From: a virus
Reading direction: 5' to 3' (one strand)
IMG/VR virus record: IMGVR_UViG_3300009159_000056
Location: 1 to 64,000 of that record
DNA length: 64,000 bases
Part shown: one piece after another, positions 1-7,561 of the stretch
Numbering within the stretch: the stretch's first letter is position 1
Layout of the letters: each line of letters opens with the position of its first letter
Program-made: the position numbers and the translations under genes
The notes under the pieces: model-generated
Seen by the model: only the letters and a program-made list of their open reading frames with translations
What the model was told of the DNA's origin: nothing
The model's database searches: none

Positions 1-954
1 AGCTTCTCTTTCAAGCTGGAACATAAGACCCTTGAACTTTTCAACTGACCAACGACCGTTTGAGTCGGTGTCAAGGTCGAATACGCCCTGAGTAGTAGTG
101 TTATCCATAGCACCCTTAACAGCTGTGACGTTGATAGTACGAACAACTTCACGGTTGATTTCAGAAAGAATTTCTGCAGAAAGGATGTTAGCAAGTTCTG
201 TTTCAGCGTCAAGACCGTGAATGGCCTTAAGATCCTGAGCAAGTTCCATAGTGTACTCTGCCTTTAGAGCACGGGACTTAGCAGTAACAGTTACCTTTTC
301 GATTGAGAACGCCATCTGAGCGAAATCGCCAGCGCCGCCATTGTTCGAACCAAGAGTTTCTGCAACAGTAGTAGCCATACCACCAGCAGCGTTATATTGG
401 GAAGCGCTGGACATAGGAGTAGTGTTAGTTGCACCTGGGAAGGTACCTACGTTATTGTTGCCGATCTGATTGCCGCCGCCAACAACAGTAGAGAACGCAG
501 TGTTAACTTCCTGATAGAAAGTTTCCTGAGTTACAGCGTCACCCTGATTAAGGGCATAACCAGTTGAGTTAGTCTGCTGGTTAGAATACATTGAACGCAT
601 TGCGAAGATAAGTCCAGTAGGACCAGTCATTGGCTGAACGCCGCAGATATCATAAGCAATAAGGTTAGGCATTGCACGACGTACGAGAGAGATCAATACT
701 GGATCGAAAGTATCAATACCACCAGTACCACCAGTTGACGAAGAACCGCCCATCTGGTTAACTGCAGAAGGAGCAATACCAGTTTCAGTAAGAGTCTGGT
801 AAGAACCATGAGCAGCAGACTCCTGAAGAGCCTTCTGTGTATTTTCGAGCATTACTGCTGTAACGGAGCGGCGGTGATTGTCCTTGATTGCTCCAAGAGC
901 GTCGTGGTCAAGTACCGGTGCCCACTTGTTTTGAATTTCCTCAGCTAGATACAT
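1..954 (-). CDS. gp23: Major capsid protein (5' part; runs off window start)
   Basis: Manual translation from ATG at 954: MYLAEEIQNKWAPVLDH...FDPVLISLVRRAMPNLIAYDICGVQPMTGPTGLIFAMRS...KSRALKAEYTMELAQDLKAIHGLDAETELANILS. Hallmark T4 gp23 motifs; downstream of gp22. Absent from ORF track because truncated. Confidence 0.98.
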   Translation of the reverse strand, partial: MYLAEEIQNKWAPVLDHDALGAIKDNHRRSVTAVMLENTQKALQESAAHGSYQTLTETGIAPSAVNQMGGSSSTGGTGGIDTFDPVLISLVRRAMPNLIAYDICGVQPMTGPTGLIFAMRSMYSNQQTNSTGYALNQGDAVTQETFYQEVNTAFSTVVGGGNQIGNNNVGTFPGATNTTPMSSASQYNAAGGMATTVAETLGSNNGGAGDFAQMAFSIEKVTVTAKSRALKAEYTMELAQDLKAIHGLDAETELANILSAEILSEINREVVRTINVTAVKGAMDNTTTQGVFDLDTDSNGRWSVEKFKGLMFQLEREA

Positions 955-986
955 TTTAGTCTCCTTTTCTTAAGGTGTTTATTTGT

Positions 987-994
987 TATTTATA
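987..994 (-). promoter_or_regulatory. T4-type late promoter TATAAATA upstream of gp23
   Basis: tatttata on + strand, 33 nt upstream of gp23 start; gp33 late coactivator is encoded in the window. Confidence 0.85.
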
Positions 995-998
995 AAAG

Positions 999-2243
999 TT
1001 ATTTCTTTACGTTCTTAGTAATTGCTTGCACGTAACGATTAACAGCTGGGTCAATAGAAACTGTGTTAGTTGAAGTTTCACCTTCGAAAGTTTCTTCTTC
1101 AATGTTCGTAGAAACGACTGTCTTCTTATTAGCAAAATAGCTTTCCTTAACGAAGGCTAGCTTCTTACCATAAGTTTCTAGGTCGCCGTCAAAGTCAATA
1201 CCTTCTGCAAGAGCCTTGAACTTTTCTACCTGCGAAAGAGCAAGACCATCACATAGGCTTTCAAGGATTTCGTCCTTTTCAACTTCTGCTACAGTTCTCT
1301 TGAGCTCTACGTTTTCATTGATGGATTCGTCAAGAGCTGCTTCGAGAGATTCTACCTTCTCGGCAAGAGCTTCGATTACATTAACTTTTTCCTGTGGAAC
1401 GTCAATATAATGTTCAGCGAATAGACCCTTTAGACCACCAATAAATTCTTCCATTAGTTCGTTACGAAGTGTTGATTCAATAGCAACTTCGTTAGCTTCC
1501 ATCCACTGCTCAGTTACGTATTCAAGATACGAATCGAGCTTAGATGTAAGTTCTTCAGTAATTTCAGTTACAGATTCAACAAAAGCTTCTTCATATTCTT
1601 CTTCAAGACGAGCAATTTCAAACATTGCACGAGCGTTAACAGCTGCTTCGAATAGAGTTGCAGCATTGTCCTTGAATTCTTCAGAAAGATCAGAACCAGC
1701 GAACATTTCTTCAACGTCTTCCTTGACAGAAAGCTTCTTAAGCTTTGGCATTGCATCCTTAGTTTTTGGACCAGCGCCACCCTTCATGTCTACTGAAGAC
1801 TGATTAGCGCCAGACTTATCGCCTACGCCCCAATCCTTGCCAGGACCATAAAGAGACTGTGTATCATGGAACCACTTAGTAAGGTCTTCCTTCTTCATAG
1901 AATGCATAGCACCAATAACAGCAGTGATCATGCCGATCTTTGACTTAGGATCATCGACACCACGAGCGTTTGGCTTAAGAGAAAGAGCAGCAGTAGTGTC
2001 TTCCTTCATGTGAGCGTCCTTTTCCATTTTCTTTACCTTAGCAGTTTCTTTCTTTTCGTCGTCGCTGTCTTCGTCTTCTTCATCATCTTCTTCGTCGTCC
2101 TGATCATCTTCCTGATCGTCTTCTTCAGATGACTTCTTTTCGACTACGAAATCTTCTTCCATTTCTTCTTCAGCTTTCTTCTTAGATTCGGCAATAGCTA
2201 CCTTCTCTAGAAGGTCTTTCATTTGAAAACTTTTAATTGACAT
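999..2243 (-). CDS. gp22: Prohead core scaffolding protein
   Basis: Acidic coiled-coil; LSEEFKDNAATLFEAAV, LDSYLEYVTEQWMEANEVAIE, GLKGLFAEHYIDVP; lies between gp21 and gp23. Confidence 0.95.
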   Translation of the reverse strand: MSIKSFQMKDLLEKVAIAESKKKAEEEMEEDFVVEKKSSEEDDQEDDQDDEEDDEEDEDSDDEKKETAKVKKMEKDAHMKEDTTAALSLKPNARGVDDPKSKIGMITAVIGAMHSMKKEDLTKWFHDTQSLYGPGKDWGVGDKSGANQSSVDMKGGAGPKTKDAMPKLKKLSVKEDVEEMFAGSDLSEEFKDNAATLFEAAVNARAMFEIARLEEEYEEAFVESVTEITEELTSKLDSYLEYVTEQWMEANEVAIESTLRNELMEEFIGGLKGLFAEHYIDVPQEKVNVIEALAEKVESLEAALDESINENVELKRTVAEVEKDEILESLCDGLALSQVEKFKALAEGIDFDGDLETYGKKLAFVKESYFANKKTVVSTNIEEETFEGETSTNTVSIDPAVNRYVQAITKNVKK

Positions 2244-2270
2244 CGTAAGGTCTCCTTGTGGAATTTAGAA

Positions 2271-2954
2271 TTATTTATATTTATTTAAATTTAAAGCTAA
2301 AGAGCTAACATAGTTTTCAAAGATAGCAAGCTTCTGCTCTTCGATTTCTCTTAATGACATATTATGAATTTGCTTCTTCATATTGTCAAGTTTTTCTTCG
2401 TGCCAAGTATCTTTTACTGGATCATAAATCCAGTCTACGTTTTCCATAATACCTTTAACAAAAGCATCTGGAGCTGAGGGATCAGCAACAATGTCAGCTG
2501 CAGTAGCAAGACGAAGATCAGGTTGGACCATCATAGCGCCAGTTTTATGGTCTGGCTGTAATGAACCCAAAGCACGAGAAGAAACGCCAAGATTTGCTCC
2601 AGACTTTAAAAGACCTTTAGCAATGTTACCCATTGGGGTTTCGGTAAGTTTTGCTTTACCAATAAAATTACTACCATCACGTTTTAAATCTATGATGATA
2701 TGAGAAACTCTATCAAGATTAATAGCCGGACCTTCTGGATGTCCAAGCTCGCCATAAGCTCTATTGTTTCTAATAGTTTCTGTTACATAACGATTAACTT
2801 CTGGCTCAAGCACGTGCATTTCATAGATGCGTCCATTACGGTTTTTTCTGTCAGCCTGTAGAAAAATGCCGTGAATAAAATGTTCCTTTTCGCCAGACTC
2901 TTTGGCTTCGGAAATATATTCTACGCTTTCTACTAATTCGGTAATGAGTTTCAT
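2271..2954 (-). CDS. gp21: Prohead protease
   Basis: MKLITE, GIFLQADRKNRNGRIY, GELGHP, GVSSRALGSL, ADIVADPSAPDAFV. Confidence 0.97.
   Translation of the reverse strand: MKLITELVESVEYISEAKESGEKEHFIHGIFLQADRKNRNGRIYEMHVLEPEVNRYVTETIRNNRAYGELGHPEGPAINLDRVSHIIIDLKRDGSNFIGKAKLTETPMGNIAKGLLKSGANLGVSSRALGSLQPDHKTGAMMVQPDLRLATAADIVADPSAPDAFVKGIMENVDWIYDPVKDTWHEEKLDNMKKQIHNMSLREIEEQKLAIFENYVSSLALNLNKYK
2272..2279 (-). promoter_or_regulatory. Late promoter TATAAATA upstream of gp22
   Basis: tatttata at the 3' end of gp21. Confidence 0.8.
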
Positions 2955-2955
2955 T

Positions 2956-3504
2956 TTAATTCCTATATGCTATTGCTGTGCCGTACACGGATGCATAAAT
3001 ATCAGACGAATGCATTGTATCTGATGGGTCTTTTTCTAAAATTATATCTTGACCGCCAGTTAAATTTATTTGATATTTATTTAAAGCAATTGTGTGTACT
3101 TCACCAGGATTTGTTATTCTTGCGTCAGTTATATCAAGATTGGCACCACCTGAAGTAGCTGATAGAGCTAACGATGAACTATTGACGAAACTAACAAAAT
3201 AATAAGCGTTAGCAGTTGTTATACCAGCAATTTTTGTATTACTTGTTGGCACTCGATATATAACATAGTCACCAACAGCAAAAAGAGTATCAGCTGATGA
3301 TATTTTGATAGTGTTAGTTGAGTTAGAAAATCCAACACTATTAGCTACGACATTAACTGTAGCTTTATTGCAACTGAGTACATGAAATGAAGCTACACCA
3401 CCATTATGAGTAAATCTAACAAGCTTATTGTTACCAAATGTACTGTGTGTTGTACTATTTGATACTTCAGATTGAGTTAATGGTTTAATTACAACGTTAT
3501 CCAT
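2956..3504 (-). CDS. Hypothetical virion (head-associated?) protein; paralog of 3507-3785 with an inserted ~90 aa domain
   Basis: Shares VIKPL...KLVR...GGQ.I.LEK.P.DT..SSD...IA(Y/F)RN with the adjacent gene; located in the head gene cluster. Confidence 0.7.
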   Translation of the reverse strand: MDNVVIKPLTQSEVSNSTTHSTFGNNKLVRFTHNGGVASFHVLSCNKATVNVVANSVGFSNSTNTIKISSADTLFAVGDYVIYRVPTSNTKIAGITTANAYYFVSFVNSSSLALSATSGGANLDITDARITNPGEVHTIALNKYQINLTGGQDIILEKDPSDTMHSSDIYASVYGTAIAYRN

Positions 3505-3506
3505 TT

Positions 3507-3785
3507 TTAATTCCTAAACGCTATCTTTACACCAGTAACACTCGTACCAGCACCATCACTTGATTGTAAAGTATCCGTTGGAGCTTTTTCTAAAATTAAT
3601 GATTGGCCGCCAACAATAGTAACACTGTAATTGGTATCACCATCAGCATTTTTACATGTAATAGTGTATGCAACTGTTAATGCTGCTGTGCAAGTTAATC
3701 TTACTAACTTAGCATTGCTATATGCACTAATATTACTCGTATTACAAGCTATCGATATGCCTAATGGTTTAATTACGCCGCTCAT
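3507..3785 (-). CDS. Hypothetical small virion (head-associated?) protein
   Basis: 92 aa, translationally coupled with neighbours; paralog of 2956-3504. Confidence 0.7.
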   Translation of the reverse strand: MSGVIKPLGISIACNTSNISAYSNAKLVRLTCTAALTVAYTITCKNADGDTNYSVTIVGGQSLILEKAPTDTLQSSDGAGTSVTGVKIAFRN

Positions 3786-4885
3786 AGGGTTTGTCCTAAT
3801 GCATTATCCTGATTCATACCAGGAAGTGTTATCGGTGTGTCGGATTCGCGGAGTCTAATAGCATGAGCGTGTGCTTTATTTTTCCAATTAGCTCCATGAG
3901 TTTCATGAGAATATTTGGCTACTACATTACCCTTGCGGTCTCTAACATGTGCTACGCTATTACGGATAGAAACCGTTGCATCTTCGCTCTGAAGTAAAGG
4001 CTCTACAGCATTTGCTTCCTTGACAATATTACGGAGATTTCTAGTATAGCTTTCTTCTGAAGTAATGCCCATTTTAGCTCTACTTACAATCGCCTTATCA
4101 GCATCTTTCTGTTGGACCTGTTTTGCTTTAGCCTTAGCAGTTTCAGATGGCTCTACGAAAGTTCCAGGGAGAATATCTTCCTTAACAGCCTTTTCTTGCT
4201 TTTCCTGACTCATTCCCTTATCACGGAACTTATTAGCCTTGGCTGCATACTTCTTGAAGATAGGACCAGAACGACCCATAGCATCACCCATAGCTCTCTT
4301 AGCTGCTACGTTAGCGGCACGATGATATGTGTCAGTTGAAAGCTCTTCGATTTCTTCTACTTCTTCTCTGGTAATTTTATTAACAGCAGTATAGATATTA
4401 CCTAAACGCTGACGAGCTTTGTTTGTGAGTTTATCAGCTTGCTTATCATCGCCAGACATTCTAGCATAAGCAGCATCTGCTTTTTTATGACCGACATCTG
4501 CAGAAGCAGACTTGACGTAATCGCCGTACTTCTGGGGGGTCATTTCTTTAATAGTTTTTACTGAAGAACAATCAGCCATTTCGTGGATAGGACATTTCGT
4601 TCCGGCTTTTGTACGATTACACGAAACATCCTCAGCTTTTTTTGATTCGTAAACGCCACCTGCATCTTTATGACGCTTCTCTTCTGGCTTAAGAAGAACT
4701 GGCTTTATATTAGTTGCCATGTATGCGGAATCGCCATTACCAACACGATCTTCGTGTTTTTCAATTTCGTGCTGCTTGGCAAACTCTGCTTCGTCACCAG
4801 CCTTTGGCTTGTAACCACCAAGATCGTTTACCTTTTTGGTACTAGCGTTTTTACCTTTTAAAACGTCTTTGAGATACTTTGCCAT
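3782..4885 (-). CDS. Putative prohead core/internal head protein (gp68 position)
   Basis: K/E/A-rich, between gp67 and gp21; several hydrophobic-x-E motifs (IKE, IEE, VKE, LRE) resembling gp21 cleavage sites. Confidence 0.55.
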   Translation of the reverse strand: MAKYLKDVLKGKNASTKKVNDLGGYKPKAGDEAEFAKQHEIEKHEDRVGNGDSAYMATNIKPVLLKPEEKRHKDAGGVYESKKAEDVSCNRTKAGTKCPIHEMADCSSVKTIKEMTPQKYGDYVKSASADVGHKKADAAYARMSGDDKQADKLTNKARQRLGNIYTAVNKITREEVEEIEELSTDTYHRAANVAAKRAMGDAMGRSGPIFKKYAAKANKFRDKGMSQEKQEKAVKEDILPGTFVEPSETAKAKAKQVQQKDADKAIVSRAKMGITSEESYTRNLRNIVKEANAVEPLLQSEDATVSIRNSVAHVRDRKGNVVAKYSHETHGANWKNKAHAHAIRLRESDTPITLPGMNQDNALGQTL

Positions 4886-4895
4886 CTAATTACCC

Positions 4896-5072
4896 TTATT
4901 CTTCTGGCGCACTGTTGAACATAGATTGCGCAATTTCTGTTTTTCTGTTATCAACAGCAGCCTGAATTTTATCTAAAATCAAAGTATCAAATACCTGTTG
5001 GAATTCTAGAGGCTGTTGTGAGGCGCTTAACTTAACCAAGTCATTCAAAGTATATTTATTATCTTCTTCCAT
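4896..5072 (-). CDS. gp67: Small prohead core protein, gp67-like (58 aa, below ORF-track cutoff)
   Basis: Manual translation MEEDNKYTLNDLVKLSASQQPLEFQQVFDTLILDKIQAAVDNRKTEIAQSMFNSAPEE; AGGAG SD; directly after portal. Confidence 0.7.
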   Translation of the reverse strand: MEEDNKYTLNDLVKLSASQQPLEFQQVFDTLILDKIQAAVDNRKTEIAQSMFNSAPEE

Positions 5073-5082
5073 AGTTCATCTC

Positions 5083-6843
5083 CTATTTATTTTTAGCCAA
5101 AATTAAAGCAGCTGATTTAAATTTGGACTCATCACTAAGTGTTCTGTTTTTCTTTTGTGCTAGCAAATCATATGTTGCTTTTGCTGTTTGCATTTTTCTA
5201 ACGTTTTCATCGTGCTTAGGGTCTACCGCTACCTGAGCATCACCAGCGGCAGCTTTCTGGTCTGTGTCTTGCTGCTGTTGCTGTTGCATCTGAGCCTGAC
5301 CCTGTTCCATTTGCTGTTCGCCCATTTCGTTCTGTAGGATCGCTGGGTTAATCCAACGTGGGTCAGCTGAGTCGGTTTCCTCTTGAATTTCTTTGTCCAT
5401 TTCTTCAATATCATCTTCTGACATTTGAAGAATATTCTTACGTAGCCACTGATGCGAGTAATACTTACCGATCATATCCTGGAAGTTACGAGCAAGATTA
5501 ATACGGTTGTCAAGAATTTCACCGTCCTTGAGCTCAGTAAAATAGTTATCTTTAGCGAAGTCGAACTGAATTTCGCCAGCAATATTTTCCCAATCTTCAA
5601 TAGTCATAATTTGTTTAAGAACAATTTGTTTACAGAGAAGGTTTAGGAATAGATGTGAGAAACGACCACGTAGGCGACCAATAAAACGGCTGAACTTTAA
5701 TTCGTCGCGACTTACTTCAGTAGCTCGCCCGAGCGAGAACAGTGCATCTGAATTAAGACGGTTTACTGGTACGTTAAGTGTCTGGAGCATTTTCTTTTGG
5801 AAGTAAAGAACATCGTCCATTTGTCCAAGAGTTTGACCGCCAGGTAAGGTAGTAACCTCCGTACCTTTACCACCTTCACGACGTGGTAGCCAGTAGTCTT
5901 CTAGCATCGTCATAAATTTGCGGTCGTCGCGAATGGCACCAGAGTCAGCATCGTAAATCAAACGATTCTTATGCTTAACCATGATATCGCGAACGTATTG
6001 TTCTGCTTTCATCTTAGGTAGATTACCTACGTCGATATACCAAATACGACGCTCAGGTGCACGTGCGAGACGATAGATAACAAGAGCGTCTTCGAGTGTA
6101 CGTAGCTGATTGAGAGACTTAATAGCTTTGTGCATGTACGAGAGAACCATAGTTCCCTGTGTATCAGATAATCCTGAAGTAACATGTAGGATAGAGTCCT
6201 TGGCGATACGAAGACCAGTCGTGGAAGGTCCAGTATTTTTGTTGCCGTAGTTAAATCCCTTGTCATTAAAAATATAGTATTCGTTCTGTGTTTTTGGAAT
6301 AACAGCTTCACCATGCTCGCCGCCTTTGGCTCTACGCTTGGCAATTTCGCGAACCTTACGAATCTTACGAGGATCGACGTAACGAATTTCTTTGATACCG
6401 TTTTTAGTATCTTCTTCGTCGATAATAACATGGTAGTACAAACGACCATCAATATACCAACGGCGCATGATTTCATATGCATGTTTACGGAAGTCGAGAA
6501 TAGTTAAACAGTTCTCAAACTCTTCGCGAATTTTCTTTTTAATTGATTCTGGAATAGCTGTTAGGTTATCTAATTTAATTTCGACTAAGTCTTTTTCGTC
6601 AAGACTTACCATTTCATTAACGATTTCATCAACAGCAGCATCGACTTCTGGCTGAAGTGCCATTTCGCGATACTTAGTAACTAATTCAGCTTCTGTTCTT
6701 ACTGTACCATCAAGGTCGACATATGTACCAAAACTACCACCTGCAGCAACGACTACTGCGCCATCATCATGCTCTTTTGGAGCAAACGACGGCGCAACAT
6801 CTAAGTCTACCTTACGTTTAAATTCGAAACCGAATAGATTCAT
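5083..6843 (-). CDS. gp20: Portal vertex protein
   Basis: YREMALQPEVDAAVDEIVNE, RRWYIDGR, IYRLARAPERRIWYIDVGNLP, EDYWLPRREGGKGTEVTTLPGGQ. Confidence 0.98.
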   Translation of the reverse strand: MNLFGFEFKRKVDLDVAPSFAPKEHDDGAVVVAAGGSFGTYVDLDGTVRTEAELVTKYREMALQPEVDAAVDEIVNEMVSLDEKDLVEIKLDNLTAIPESIKKKIREEFENCLTILDFRKHAYEIMRRWYIDGRLYYHVIIDEEDTKNGIKEIRYVDPRKIRKVREIAKRRAKGGEHGEAVIPKTQNEYYIFNDKGFNYGNKNTGPSTTGLRIAKDSILHVTSGLSDTQGTMVLSYMHKAIKSLNQLRTLEDALVIYRLARAPERRIWYIDVGNLPKMKAEQYVRDIMVKHKNRLIYDADSGAIRDDRKFMTMLEDYWLPRREGGKGTEVTTLPGGQTLGQMDDVLYFQKKMLQTLNVPVNRLNSDALFSLGRATEVSRDELKFSRFIGRLRGRFSHLFLNLLCKQIVLKQIMTIEDWENIAGEIQFDFAKDNYFTELKDGEILDNRINLARNFQDMIGKYYSHQWLRKNILQMSEDDIEEMDKEIQEETDSADPRWINPAILQNEMGEQQMEQGQAQMQQQQQQDTDQKAAAGDAQVAVDPKHDENVRKMQTAKATYDLLAQKKNRTLSDESKFKSAALILAKNK

Positions 6844-6860
6844 TTCTTTTCCTTCAAATG

Positions 6861-6891
6861 AAAAGAGGGGCTAAGGAACCTGCCCCTCTTT
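6861..6891 (-). terminator. Rho-independent terminator after gp19
   Basis: Inverted repeat AAAGAGGGGC-N10-GCCCCTCTTT ending in a T run on the minus strand. Confidence 0.75.
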
Positions 6892-6931
6892 AAAATAACA
6901 AACTAATTCAAGAGGCTACTAACTATATAGA

Positions 6932-7528
6932 TTAAGTTGAAGATGGGCTTACAGCGTCGCCGAGATAAGCATTAACTTCTTCAACTGTTGGGAGCCAGTA
7001 GTCGTAGGCAAATCTTACAGTGAATGTTTCAATTTGGTTAGTTGTATCCCAATCTAGAGCAATGTCAGAAACGTCTGTTGGGAATGCGCCAATGATAGTA
7101 TATTGACGAATTAAATCACCAGCCTTACCGTATTGAATAACATCCATATCAGACTTATATGAATTTTCTGATTCAGTAAAATTGGGATCGCGAATGTTTG
7201 ATTCCAATCTGTTAAGAGCGTTTGACCACTTCTCAAACATAGAACGAACAAGGAAATCCTCGTCGTTCATTACTGTTACCTGCCAGTCAGCAAAAGTTCT
7301 ATCGCCCTGTACCTTGATCTTACGACCGAAGTAACCAACGTCAATAGACTGGATAGTTGCAGCTGGTAGAGAAGTCGCACGACAAGTGAAACGAAACTTG
7401 TCAGACGAATCCTGATCTGCCCCAATACCTGCAGGCGGTGTGATATACACTTCGAAAAGTGTAGGACGAGCACCACCATAAACAAGACCTCTTGTTTTGA
7501 AAGTGCTAATATTAAATCCTGATGCCAT
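6932..7528 (-). CDS. gp19: Tail tube protein
   Basis: GGARPTLFEV, GRKIKVQGDRTFADWQVTVMNDEDF, IETFTVRFAYDYW. Confidence 0.97.
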   Translation of the reverse strand: MASGFNISTFKTRGLVYGGARPTLFEVYITPPAGIGADQDSSDKFRFTCRATSLPAATIQSIDVGYFGRKIKVQGDRTFADWQVTVMNDEDFLVRSMFEKWSNALNRLESNIRDPNFTESENSYKSDMDVIQYGKAGDLIRQYTIIGAFPTDVSDIALDWDTTNQIETFTVRFAYDYWLPTVEEVNAYLGDAVSPSST

Positions 7529-7561
7529 CTTTTTTCTCCTTAATGGATTTTAATTTATTTA

